From Trichormus sp. ATA11-4-KO1 (GTDB taxonomy: Bacteria; Cyanobacteriota; Cyanobacteriia; Cyanobacteriales; Nostocaceae), in assembly GCA_019358915.1 (NCBI GenBank), contig JAHHIM010000025.1, forward strand, positions 8,377-72,376: 64,000 nucleotides of DNA, read 5' to 3'. Made by a program: the position numbers and the translations under genes. A model generated the notes under the pieces. That model searched no databases. It was not told the origin of the DNA and saw only the letters and a program-made list of their open reading frames with translations. Positions 9,326 through 19,044 of this stretch are shown in pieces. Position 1 is the stretch's first letter. Every line of letters starts with the position of its first letter.

Positions 9326-10819
9326 TCATGGTAACCAACGGGGATGAAATCCAACTAAGGGAAGTTTCTCTGGCCCGATTGTGGTAGTGGGAGCATCGGC
9401 AATAGGTAACAATGGCATTAGCCATAAACTGCTGGTAGCGATCGCTTCTCCATCCTCGGTCTTTAATGGGTTTACAGACAAGGGTAAGGGTTCTGTTTGT
9501 GGCATTACTTGATCAAATAACAAGCCCAAACCATCTGGGGATAAACTCATTTGCACATTTCGCTGATCAATTGGGAGTGCTAGCAGGGGTTTTTGTTCTC
9601 CAGTTTTCAGGTCAATTGCCACTAAATAAGGCTGTTCCACATATTCTTCATTAGAGACTAACTGTGTTAGCAAGCAGTAGAGGGTGGGTGAAGCAGGGTC
9701 AAATTGGCAGTTGCGAATGGAGCCTGTGGTTTTTAGCAGAGGTTTTTGGATGCCTTGGTTGGTCACCAAAAACAAATCACGTGTGTAGTCAGTATTAAAT
9801 TTTACCATTGCTGCTTGGGAGCCGTCTTTAGAGAAAGCCTGGACTAGCCCAAATTGCGGTAGAAAATCTAGGGGTTTACTGGCATCACTTTGTAGTGGTA
9901 AGATGGCTGCTCCTTGACCTTGGGCAACCGCTACGGCTTTACTATCGGGAGTGATCATAAAGTCTCCCCCTGGTTGGCTTTGCAGGCGTTTAGGGGTGGG
10001 TTTTTCTGACCTGTCACTAGTTGCTGGCATAAACCAGAGACCAAAATCACCGGGATTAGCTTTGTTCCCTCGCTGAACGACAATAGTTTCCCCATCCGGT
10101 GATAAGTCAAATTTGAGGTTTTGGTATTTTTTGTTATCTAAAATCAGGTCAACTTTACCTGCTGGTTCTGCTGGGGTTTCAGGCTGTACGGAAATGCCTG
10201 TGGTTACCGTGTACAACTGCGCCGATAGTAAGTCTTGGTTATTGGAGGTGCGAGCCGAAAATAAAATTTTGCCCCCGTCTGGAAATGGCTTAAAGTCCAT
10301 GACAATCAGGTCTTTGGGGGTAATTATCTGCTTTTGCTCTTCGGTTAAGTTGTAGAGAACTAACTGACCTTGGTTGTCTGGATCGGCTCCTATGTAGAGA
10401 ATGACGCGATCGCGAGTGCGGAAATTGCCTGTAAAGGGCTGGATTACCCGATTTTTAGCATCTTGTTGCGAAAACCTATCTTTCGCGTCTTGCAACTGTA
10501 CTTCATAATTTGTGCCATAGGGTGCTGGTGTGAGCAATGTATAAACCATCCGCCGCCCTGCCCAACTAATTTTACCTGCTAAAGGCGGCTCAATTTTCAG
10601 ATTCTCTTCTACGCTCTTGATGTCCATTGGGCGACTAAAGGTAAGGCTAAAGGAGATATCTTCTGCGCCAATTTGCCGATTTTGCCAGGTAAAATCCCGG
10701 ACACGAGATGTCACCACATCACCTTGCAGGATGATGAATCCAATCAGCAGGCTCAGCAGCAACATCAGTGCGATCGCCACACGATCTAGTGGTTGGATAA
10801 ATGCTTTGGATGTAGTCAT
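9326..10819 (-). CDS. Membrane-anchored Ig-like + TolB-like beta-propeller protein
   Basis: N-terminal TM helix, LTFSRPMD Ig-like (SbsA/Big_5) motif, repeated SPDG/TPDS/SKDG blades. Third gene of the permease operon. Confidence 0.75.
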   Translation of the reverse strand: MTTSKAFIQPLDRVAIALMLLLSLLIGFIILQGDVVTSRVRDFTWQNRQIGAEDISFSLTFSRPMDIKSVEENLKIEPPLAGKISWAGRRMVYTLLTPAPYGTNYEVQLQDAKDRFSQQDAKNRVIQPFTGNFRTRDRVILYIGADPDNQGQLVLYNLTEEQKQIITPKDLIVMDFKPFPDGGKILFSARTSNNQDLLSAQLYTVTTGISVQPETPAEPAGKVDLILDNKKYQNLKFDLSPDGETIVVQRGNKANPGDFGLWFMPATSDRSEKPTPKRLQSQPGGDFMITPDSKAVAVAQGQGAAILPLQSDASKPLDFLPQFGLVQAFSKDGSQAAMVKFNTDYTRDLFLVTNQGIQKPLLKTTGSIRNCQFDPASPTLYCLLTQLVSNEEYVEQPYLVAIDLKTGEQKPLLALPIDQRNVQMSLSPDGLGLLFDQVMPQTEPLPLSVNPLKTEDGEAIATSSLWLMPLLPIADAPTTTIGPEKLPLVGFHPRWLP

Positions 10820-10821
10820 TT

Positions 10822-10856
10822 TTCAGTTATCAATTATCAGTTATCAATTATTAGTT
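10822..10856. repeat. STRR-type heptamer tandem (TTATCAG/TTATCAA)
   Basis: cagttatcaattatcagttatcaattattagtta. Confidence 0.8.
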
Positions 10857-10860
10857 ACTA

Positions 10861-11625
10861 CTAATAACTGTAAGGATTTCGGGGTTGGGGAATTTCTTTC
10901 ATGGAGTTAGCAGCAATGGTAAGTTGGCGTTTACCTGCTAGATTTTCTGTGACCATTTCTCCTTCTACTTCCAACCAAACATCAGGAGAATAGCGATTTT
11001 GATTTTCTGGTAGTTTGACTGGCAATCCCACAGGATATGCGTCTGCTGCACAACAAGTCAGGACAAATCGCGCTAAGAACAAATATTCACTTTCTAAATT
11101 TGGTGGGTGAATCACAAATCCCTGAACTTTGACTTTTTGCCCTGTGTATGCGTCTGGTTCTGGATAGACGTTGAGTGTGCGTACCCAATCTACTAGCGAT
11201 CGCTCTTCTGGTCGAGTAGAAGCTCGAAAGGATTGGGGTTGGACACGTCCGGTGGTTAATAAATCATTCACACCTAGTTGAATAGCGCTGTCGCTGGCAA
11301 AAACTCGGGGTGTAATCGTCAAACCCACAATTGCTGTGGTTAACAACAAGATACTACCCCAACCAGGGGGAAATAAATTCAAATGCTGGGTGCTGGATGT
11401 CACCATCCGGCGACGTTGGCGCCAAATTTCTCGCATCTTTAACAAGCCAATAACTAGCAAGGCAATGCCACACACAATCACCAACCCAAAGAAATTGGGG
11501 TGAATCAATAAATATAACTTGCCTGTGAGCCAGTATTGCAGCATCAAAATTCCCCAAGTTGTAATTGCTAGGGCATCTAGCCAGGGGAATAATAGATTTG
11601 GGCTTTTAGATTTGGGATTGGTCAT
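10861..11625 (-). CDS. TIGR03943/DUF1980 family putative permease subunit
   Basis: Three TM helices, LIHP, GQKVKVQGFV and RFVLTCCAADA. Confidence 0.88.
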   Translation of the reverse strand: MTNPKSKSPNLLFPWLDALAITTWGILMLQYWLTGKLYLLIHPNFFGLVIVCGIALLVIGLLKMREIWRQRRRMVTSSTQHLNLFPPGWGSILLLTTAIVGLTITPRVFASDSAIQLGVNDLLTTGRVQPQSFRASTRPEERSLVDWVRTLNVYPEPDAYTGQKVKVQGFVIHPPNLESEYLFLARFVLTCCAADAYPVGLPVKLPENQNRYSPDVWLEVEGEMVTENLAGKRQLTIAANSMKEIPQPRNPYSY

Positions 11626-11653
11626 TAGTCATTAGTCATTAGTCATTGGTCAT
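11618..11653. repeat. STRR heptamer tandem (TTAGTCA/TTGGTCA)n overlapping the start codon
   Basis: ttggtcattagtcattagtcattagtcattggtcat. Confidence 0.9.
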
Positions 11654-11710
11654 GGGAAAATTTTTTTACCTATTCCCTGTCACCTGTTTATTGTCATCTG
11701 TCAACTGAAA

Positions 11711-12781
11711 TTAAAGCACATATAAGTTCATGAACAGGGTAAACAAAAATGTTAATTGTGCTGCTAAAGCAAATAAGTAAAAGATTGTTCTGGGACTAAA
11801 AACAGATAACATCAAACCAACGCTTTTAATGTCAACCATTGGGCCAAAGACTAAAAAGGCCAATAAAGAACCAGAACTAAAAGTCGAGGCAAAAGATAGA
11901 GCAAAAAATGAATCGACAGTCGAACAAATTGAGACAACTGCGGCTAAAAGCAGCATGACCAAAATTGAACTAACGTGTCCTGCACCCAGACTCAGGATTA
12001 ATTCACGGGGGGCAAATACTTGCACAGCAGCTGCGATCGCACTTCCTAAAATCATTACTCCTCCCAATTCCCGCAATTCCTGGATGACATTATCCAAAAC
12101 TAGACGTAGTTTATCTACCACAGATTTGCTGGTGGTGGAGTTGGGGATAGTCTCCTGCATAAAATTAGGATCTAACCGTGTCGATAGACCTGCTTTGCCT
12201 CCTAAAATGTAAGTCCCTGATTTCAACACACTGGATACGGCTGCTTCCTGCTGTGCTGGGTAACGTCTCCCACGGCGTTTTGTTTCTGGCTTGGCTGGGG
12301 GATTGAATTTCAGATAACGGGCGATCGCTGGTTGGACAATCGGATTGACATCCTTTTGAAAACTAAACACAAAACCGATAATTACGGCAATTGATAGGGA
12401 AAATACCACTCGTAAAACTACTATTTCTGGCTGGTCTCGAAAGGCTATCCAAGTTGCCCAAATTACAATGGGGTTAATCGTTGGTGCTGCTAGTAAAAAA
12501 CCAATGGCCACGGGTGTGGGTACTCCCTGCATCAGCAATCGTCGCGCTACTGGGACATTACCGCACTCACACACCGGAAACAGAAAGCCGATCATACTGC
12601 CTGCTAAAGCACCCAGTACCGGATTTCTGGGCATTTTTGCTACTAATTGGCGCTCATCGATAAAAATCAGCAGCACACTGGAAAATAACACACCAAACAG
12701 CAAAAACGGCATCGCCTCGACTAGCAAACTCAGAAATATAGTGAAACCATTGTTCAGTTGATTCATGGGTGTCGCAGTCAA
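11711..12781 (-). CDS. Permease, DUF318/UPF0718 family
   Basis: EAMPFLLFG, FPVCECGNVP, LAAPTINP, SICSTVDSF and FLVFGPMVDIK. Confidence 0.9.
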   Translation of the reverse strand: MTATPMNQLNNGFTIFLSLLVEAMPFLLFGVLFSSVLLIFIDERQLVAKMPRNPVLGALAGSMIGFLFPVCECGNVPVARRLLMQGVPTPVAIGFLLAAPTINPIVIWATWIAFRDQPEIVVLRVVFSLSIAVIIGFVFSFQKDVNPIVQPAIARYLKFNPPAKPETKRRGRRYPAQQEAAVSSVLKSGTYILGGKAGLSTRLDPNFMQETIPNSTTSKSVVDKLRLVLDNVIQELRELGGVMILGSAIAAAVQVFAPRELILSLGAGHVSSILVMLLLAAVVSICSTVDSFFALSFASTFSSGSLLAFLVFGPMVDIKSVGLMLSVFSPRTIFYLFALAAQLTFLFTLFMNLYVL

Positions 12782-13494
12782 AAGCGGTTTAAAGTTTTTA
12801 GGTTATGCCTTGTCATTTTATCGGAACGGGGATCAAAAGCATGTCAGGGTAACTCAACCTTATTTAAACAGTAAGTTCGTGTTTGATTTCTAGTTACGCT
12901 ACGGCGATTACGAGCGCTAGCAAGTTGTCGATAGTCATGTTTAGCTGTGTGCATTTACTGATGATGACTAATCTTAAGATTGCTGAATTTCCGAAATTGT
13001 TCCGAGTTATGGGAAATAGTGAGCTAGCTGCATGACGTTTAATTACTTAATGTTTATACTGACTGTAAACTAGTCGGTCAGGATGTTATCTTCCACGCAT
13101 TTTCATAAATGATTCATAGTTTTTAAACATTCGGGGATCGCTGGTGATTGCTAACAACCGTAATTTTGACTATTATTTTTGGCAAAATCAAACATACGCT
13201 TTGGTTGATTTCTTACTATAAAAACTGCCAAACTGCAAGCTCAAGGGGGAACAAATAAGTACATGAGAATGAGGATTTTAACAAAAAAGTACCTCTATGA
13301 CTTAAAGGCCAAGTAAAATCGCGGAGCTGCAACGGCTCTCCATCTGACAAATTCTGCTACGATTCATCAATCAATTAGTCCTGAAGCTGTTTGTTTTGTT
13401 CTCTAGCGCCTCTATCTGCCAATTCAGTAGATACTGACAGGGACTAAAATATTAGCTTATTACTTGCCAGATTTTCTATATATTAGAGTCTCCA

Positions 13495-14853
13495 GTGCCA
13501 CAAGAATTTAGTTCCCTCATCTCACCGCCAATTTTGTCTGGTGGTAGCGATCGCGATCTCGGCTTAGAATCAACACTCCAAGAACTACCCATGTACAACT
13601 TTCAGGTAGAAATTAGTTGTACTGGTGCAGAAGTTGCTAATTTTTTTGAAAAGTACCCACTGCTACCAGGAGCAATTTTACTAGAACAGGGCAAATTCAT
13701 GGGGATGATTTCGCGGCGGCGACTGCTAGAATTTTTGGTTCGTCCTTATGGACAAGAGTTATTTACCCAAAAAACTTTGGATGTGCTTTACAGCTATGCA
13801 CGTACAGCTATAGTGCTACTTCCCGATACAACATCGATTTTGACAGCGATACAACATACATTGAGGCGATCGCCTGAACTTTTGGCAGAACCAATTGTAG
13901 TGCAAACAGCAGCTAATACCTACAGATTATTAGATATACATGACTTGAATATTGCTTCTTGGCAAATTCAGGGAATAGAAACTCAAGTGCGCTATGAACG
14001 TAGCCAAGCCCAAATGATTCAAAATGATAAAATGGCACGTCTAGGGCGTTTGGTAGATGGGGTAGCACACGAAATTTTAGATCCAGTTGGGTTTATTTGG
14101 GGTAATTTAACTTATATTTCTAATTACAGTCAAGATTTACTCAAGCTAATAGCTGCTTACGAAAAAGATTTACCTCACACTTCCCAGGCAATTCAACATA
14201 TTAAAGAAGAAATTGAATTTGATTTTCTCGAACAAGATTTATCAAAGTCGCTTGCTAGCATTCGTACTGGTGCAGAAAGATTAAAAAAACTGGTCACCAG
14301 TTTACAAAACTTCTGTCATATCGATGAAGTTCACCCTAAACCAATAGACTTACATGCCTGTATAGATAGTATTGTCCTGCTGATTAAAAGTCGTTTAAAA
14401 GGAGAAATTGAAGTAATCAAAGACTACGGTAAATTGCCACCAGTTTCTTGCTTTATGGGACAGCTAAATCAAGTATTAATGAACATTTTGAGTCAAGCTG
14501 TGGATGCTTTGCTAAATGAAGCTGTGCGACAAAAATTTCAGCAAAATTATTCGCCAACTGCTACTAAACCACAAATTAAAATTACTACAGCAGTTATCTC
14601 GCTAGAAGCCACCAAACCTGATGCACCAGATTCTCGTTGGGTTTCTGTGTGCATTGCTGATAATGGCCCAGGAATGTCTCCAGAGTCGCAACAGCAAATT
14701 ATAGAGTTTTTTTCTTTGGAAAAATGGGCTGATAAAGAAACTAGTTTAGGGATGAGTTATAGAATTATCACCGCAAGACATGGTGGCAAATTAAAGTTTC
14801 GTTCACAACTTGGTGTAGGTACTGAATTTGAAATATTATTGCCCTTAGTGTAA
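13495..14853 (+). CDS. Cytoplasmic histidine-kinase-like protein with a CBS-like N-terminus
   Basis: GVAHEILDP H-box, GQLNQVLMNIL, DNGPGM and GVGTEFEI. N and G2 boxes are degenerate. Confidence 0.85.
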   Translation: MPQEFSSLISPPILSGGSDRDLGLESTLQELPMYNFQVEISCTGAEVANFFEKYPLLPGAILLEQGKFMGMISRRRLLEFLVRPYGQELFTQKTLDVLYSYARTAIVLLPDTTSILTAIQHTLRRSPELLAEPIVVQTAANTYRLLDIHDLNIASWQIQGIETQVRYERSQAQMIQNDKMARLGRLVDGVAHEILDPVGFIWGNLTYISNYSQDLLKLIAAYEKDLPHTSQAIQHIKEEIEFDFLEQDLSKSLASIRTGAERLKKLVTSLQNFCHIDEVHPKPIDLHACIDSIVLLIKSRLKGEIEVIKDYGKLPPVSCFMGQLNQVLMNILSQAVDALLNEAVRQKFQQNYSPTATKPQIKITTAVISLEATKPDAPDSRWVSVCIADNGPGMSPESQQQIIEFFSLEKWADKETSLGMSYRIITARHGGKLKFRSQLGVGTEFEILLPLV

Positions 14854-15016
14854 TTATAGGAATCCTCTTGGATTTGCCAACATCAACAGACTCATTTCTC
14901 TAAATTCTTGTAGAAACCTCTAGAGTGGCTTCCCGGAGGGTAGAAGTCGATGTTTTTTTGTACATAATACATTGAGCATTGCTATATGTATTCTTATAGC
15001 CGTATTCACATAGACT

Positions 15017-15098
15017 ATACCAATTCACAATTAAGAAAGCCAGATTTTACAAGAGTTTCTACGCTTGGATCTGTTGCTTAATTTTGGTGAATTGGTAT
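15017..15098. mobile_element. MITE-like element with 12-bp terminal inverted repeats
   Basis: ataccaattcac (15017-15028) ... gtgaattggtat (15087-15098), with inner aattaag/cttaatt; non-coding. Confidence 0.65.
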
Positions 15099-15173
15099 TA
15101 GGACATTACTGATTGCTCAGAGCAATGAAGCAACTGGGTTTATACTCAGGAGGGAAGCAATTTGCTATATAAA

Positions 15174-15776
15174 TTAATCCTGCTTGTCCACAGGGACTAA
15201 AATATATGTAGTCTGGTTATTAGGTTTGTTAACACTCTGACTACCAGATGTTGGCACATCCTTAACTGCACTTTTTGCTACATTGATTGTGCCTTTAATC
15301 GTGTCCTTAATCCCTTCATCGGCTCCCTTAACGATGTCCACAGTGTTTGTGAAAGTATCGTTAACATCTACAGCTACACCCTTGACACTAACCACGGTAT
15401 TTTTCACAGTGTCGTTAACATCTACAGCTGTACCCTTAACGGCATCACTCACATCTTTTACAGTATCGTTAATGCCTTCAGCTACAGTTTTAATTGCATC
15501 TCCTACACCTTTTACGGTGTAATTAAAATTATTAGTTACGCCCTTAACTACGTTCCCTACACTTTTGATAGTTTCGTTAACTTTTTGGGCTGAATTTCTC
15601 ATAGCTAAAGCCCCAGCCACAGCGCCTAAAGTAGCACCAATAACTGTTCCAAATACTACTTTCCCAAACTCATTATTTGAGTCTGCGCCTACTTGCTCAT
15701 TATCAGCTTGATTTGCCTGACTATTTCTATTTTCTGTAACTTGATCGGAAAACTGCTGGTTGCCATTCATCATCAT
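15174..15776 (-). CDS. Gly-zipper membrane anchor + 18-aa amphipathic repeat protein
   Basis: GTVIGATLGAVAGALA followed by about five 18-aa units such as VKGTAVDVNDTVKNTVVS. Confidence 0.8.
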   Translation of the reverse strand: MMMNGNQQFSDQVTENRNSQANQADNEQVGADSNNEFGKVVFGTVIGATLGAVAGALAMRNSAQKVNETIKSVGNVVKGVTNNFNYTVKGVGDAIKTVAEGINDTVKDVSDAVKGTAVDVNDTVKNTVVSVKGVAVDVNDTFTNTVDIVKGADEGIKDTIKGTINVAKSAVKDVPTSGSQSVNKPNNQTTYILVPVDKQD

Positions 15777-15831
15777 TACCTCATTTTAAGTGTGAAATAA
15801 TAAGTAACTTGAGGACAGAGCTTATATTATT

Positions 15832-15970
15832 ATGTCCGGTTAATCAAACTAAATAAAAAATGTTTGCTCGTAGTCAGGACTTTAGTCCTGTCTATAGGGA
15901 CTGTAGACGCGTAGCGGCTTCTCGCAGAGTAGTCCATACTACAACAGGGCTTCTTATAGGTAGGCGGACA
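15832..15970. mobile_element. MITE/REP-like dispersed repeat, copy 1, carrying a nested 26-bp insert
   Basis: First 60 bp are identical to 32769-32828. Ends atgtccg...cggaca; internal ggact-nn-agtcc palindromes. Confidence 0.85.
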
Positions 15971-16153
15971 ACATATAACTAATCATTAGGAAGGGCACAG
16001 AAATAGTTAATCTATTTATGTGCGCTTCCTTCATGATTAAAGATTAATTTGATTGCAAAAAGGTTCATCAAAGGGTCATATTTAAAGAAATGTTTGTATT
16101 TGTTACTAGGTAGTTAAACCCCAATTCTAATGACCTTTAAATTTATGCTTATT

Positions 16154-16990
16154 TTAACTATCAATCCGATTAATCTCTTCTTCAATCGCACTATCTTCAA
16201 AAGAAGATACTGAAATTCTTTCATTGACAAAATTTGTTGATTCGCCTACATATCCTTCTGTACGCTCTGGAGTTGAAATGTACATCGACTGAGTACTAAT
16301 ATCTTGCTGACCTATGCCGACATCATCATTTTTAGTTTGCTGATTGTCTGCGACTGTCTGGTCTTGATGTTGCTTACCCGTATTTTCAAATGGTCTGGTA
16401 TTCTCTGCTGCTTCCTTTGTCCTCTCAGCAGAATCTTGTACAGCTTGGTTAATATCCTGAGATGTCTTCTGTACTGCGTTCATTGCACCGACTGCGGTTT
16501 GTCTAGCTCCCTCTGCCGCACTCTGAACTGTCTCTAACCCATCCCTATCACCAATAACAGCGTAGCTGGCACCTTCAGCAACACTCTTTGCCACATCTCC
16601 TAAACCTTTGGCTGTATGACCAAGACCTTCACCTATAGTTTTTGCTGCGTCTTGGACACCTTTCATAGTGTGGTTAAATCCCTCACCCAGTCTTTTACCA
16701 GCTAAAGCACCAGCTAGTGATCCCAAAGTACCACCAATGAGTCCACCAATGATTGCTCTACTTAATGCTGGATTAACTTGTCGTCCGTTTGTGGTGCGAC
16801 TAGTATCGGGTTGAGATCCAGTTTTTGCGGTACCAATACGAGATTGGTCTGTAGACGTGCGGTTAGCCTCTTCGGGACTAGATACTTTAGTCCCCGTATT
16901 CGTGCTTGCTGTACCAACACAAGCTTGGTCTGTAATTGTGCGATTAGTATTTTCACTCTGATTATTCACAGCCTGTCTGCTCTCAACCAT
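16154..16990 (-). CDS. Gly-zipper + amphipathic helical repeat protein (LEA/apolipoprotein-like architecture)
   Basis: IIGGLIGGTLGSLAGALAG, then GEGFNHTMKGVQDAAKTI/GEGLGHTAKGLGDVAKSV repeats; hydrophilic termini. Confidence 0.8.
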   Translation of the reverse strand: MVESRQAVNNQSENTNRTITDQACVGTASTNTGTKVSSPEEANRTSTDQSRIGTAKTGSQPDTSRTTNGRQVNPALSRAIIGGLIGGTLGSLAGALAGKRLGEGFNHTMKGVQDAAKTIGEGLGHTAKGLGDVAKSVAEGASYAVIGDRDGLETVQSAAEGARQTAVGAMNAVQKTSQDINQAVQDSAERTKEAAENTRPFENTGKQHQDQTVADNQQTKNDDVGIGQQDISTQSMYISTPERTEGYVGESTNFVNERISVSSFEDSAIEEEINRIDS

Positions 16991-17218
16991 ATTAAGAATC
17001 TCCTTAGTTAAAAACGATTAACATCAACTGTTATGTGTTGTTATCTAAAGACAATTTAACGATTATAGATTCAGGCTTAACCGTTCTGAAGGCAGACATA
17101 TTAGACCATACTGTCTGTCTGGAGTTGAGTTAATTGTATTTTTTAGTTGTGACTAGCAATACAAACTTATTTAACCCATTGAAAATGGCTATAAACACGC
17201 TAATTGATGATATTTCTC

Positions 17219-18700
17219 TCAGTGGAATCTCGTTGACAGCAAGTTTTCACCACTTTGGTAAATTTTCCGCGCATAGTCAGTCCAAGAACCTTGCCCCCAG
17301 TAACGAAAACAACTAGTTTGTAGCAAAAGGTTATGTAAAAGAATATTGCGATATTCAGAAGAATTAGTTGACAATACTTTACTAATATTTTGGTGAAATA
17401 AGCTGCTTAATTCATACATGGGAGATAGCACATTTTCATATCCTGTTACCCAACTAATATGATTTGTCCATGAGGCTCCATCCATGTGAAAATTAGGGTT
17501 ATTTTGTTTTAATTCTTGAATGGCATTTTCTACAGTATCAGGTTGGCAATTTTCGGGTGAAACTCGCTGCCAGATTTGATGTTGTCCTACTGGCTGGCAT
17601 GTGGGATAGTCTTCAGAATAGCAACCAGCAGCAGCGATTAATTCTAAATATTCCGTGCCACACACCCCAACAACACCAGATTTGCCTCCTCCTTGATTCA
17701 CCATGTCTCCCCATGCTTGTTTAAAAGCACTAGGAAATTCATTCATCATCACACCACCATTTTCACCATCCCCAATTTGGCTCACTATTGGGGGGATCAA
17801 TACATTGCCTACTTGTTGTTTAGATAGAGTTTTGGCTTCATAGTAAGGCTGCATTTGAGCCACTAATTTAGTATCGGAACCCTGGGTTTTAATTAAGGCT
17901 GTAATGCTAATTGTTTCGCCTTGAGAATTACGGGCAATAAGACGGTGAGGTAAGTGTTTGTGAGTAAGAGGTTGACCGTTAATTGTTTCTACAGAATGTT
18001 CTTGCACAAGTAACCAGCGATATCCACATTCCTGGAGAGCTTTGACAAATGCAAATAAAGTATCAGGGTGATTTGGTAGGTGCATTTCTGGGAGTGAAAA
18101 ACCTTTGACTCGCGCCAATGCTTCCCAACCAAAAATCGCGGCAAAGTGATGTTGCCAGGCAATGATATGTAACTTAATATCTGGTATGGGAGTCGAAGGA
18201 ACTACAGCATGACCCCACATCGTTCCCAGCCATTCTACATGAGGTTGATAGGTAGGGTCGCAAGTGATGCGTTTGAGATTATCTAAAATATCATCTCGTC
18301 CCATTTGTCTGAGTCCCCACAAAAGATTACCAGAGTAATCCAACATCACACGGGGGTTACAGCCTTGATTAACGAGTTCGGGGATAAAGTCACCCATGCG
18401 GCTGTAACAATAAGCAAAAGGTGCAGCATTATGATTATCCCCGAACTGGGGATGCTCAAACATATATTGCAGATTATTGATCAGTCCACCATCATGTCCA
18501 GCAGGTATAGTAGGCTGGTGCATATGTAAGGCGATCGCAAATACAGCATTCAAGTCCTCTAACCGGATATTCGTTGAGGGTAAAAATACAGGCGCATCAT
18601 GGTTAACTACAGAGAGCACCTCTGTTTCCCAACCAGAAATATTCGGCAAACCATCTATGATTTCGGGCAAAGAAGGAAGATTTGTAGGTAATGTCAGCAT
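17219..18700 (-). CDS. Glycoside hydrolase family 57 protein
   Basis: ALHMHQP (HxHQP), GFSLPEM nucleophile region, DGENGG, TSCFRYWG. Confidence 0.85.
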   Translation of the reverse strand: MLTLPTNLPSLPEIIDGLPNISGWETEVLSVVNHDAPVFLPSTNIRLEDLNAVFAIALHMHQPTIPAGHDGGLINNLQYMFEHPQFGDNHNAAPFAYCYSRMGDFIPELVNQGCNPRVMLDYSGNLLWGLRQMGRDDILDNLKRITCDPTYQPHVEWLGTMWGHAVVPSTPIPDIKLHIIAWQHHFAAIFGWEALARVKGFSLPEMHLPNHPDTLFAFVKALQECGYRWLLVQEHSVETINGQPLTHKHLPHRLIARNSQGETISITALIKTQGSDTKLVAQMQPYYEAKTLSKQQVGNVLIPPIVSQIGDGENGGVMMNEFPSAFKQAWGDMVNQGGGKSGVVGVCGTEYLELIAAAGCYSEDYPTCQPVGQHQIWQRVSPENCQPDTVENAIQELKQNNPNFHMDGASWTNHISWVTGYENVLSPMYELSSLFHQNISKVLSTNSSEYRNILLHNLLLQTSCFRYWGQGSWTDYARKIYQSGENLLSTRFH

Positions 18701-19044
18701 TTCTGATTGCTCCGAAATAAGTTTTATTTTTCAATCTTGCACCAGCTAACTGATTTTGCGTACATAACACGCTATTTTCAATCTGGTATTTTTTAGGCAA
18801 CAACAAATCTGGCAATGATCGTCAGTGCCGTCTTACCAGATATTCCCATCTTTGTGTGCCACTTGGTGATGAAGTTTGTTTACCGTCTGTTGTCAACGAA
18901 GTCAGAAAGAGGGAAGACGGAAGAAGGATGATCCTTATGCTTCTTCCTCCTGACTTCGCTTTGAATTGAGACACTCAAATTTTAGCGATCGCTTGTCCCT
19001 ACGTCCGCGATAAAATTCTCAAGCACAACAGTGTCGTTATTCCC

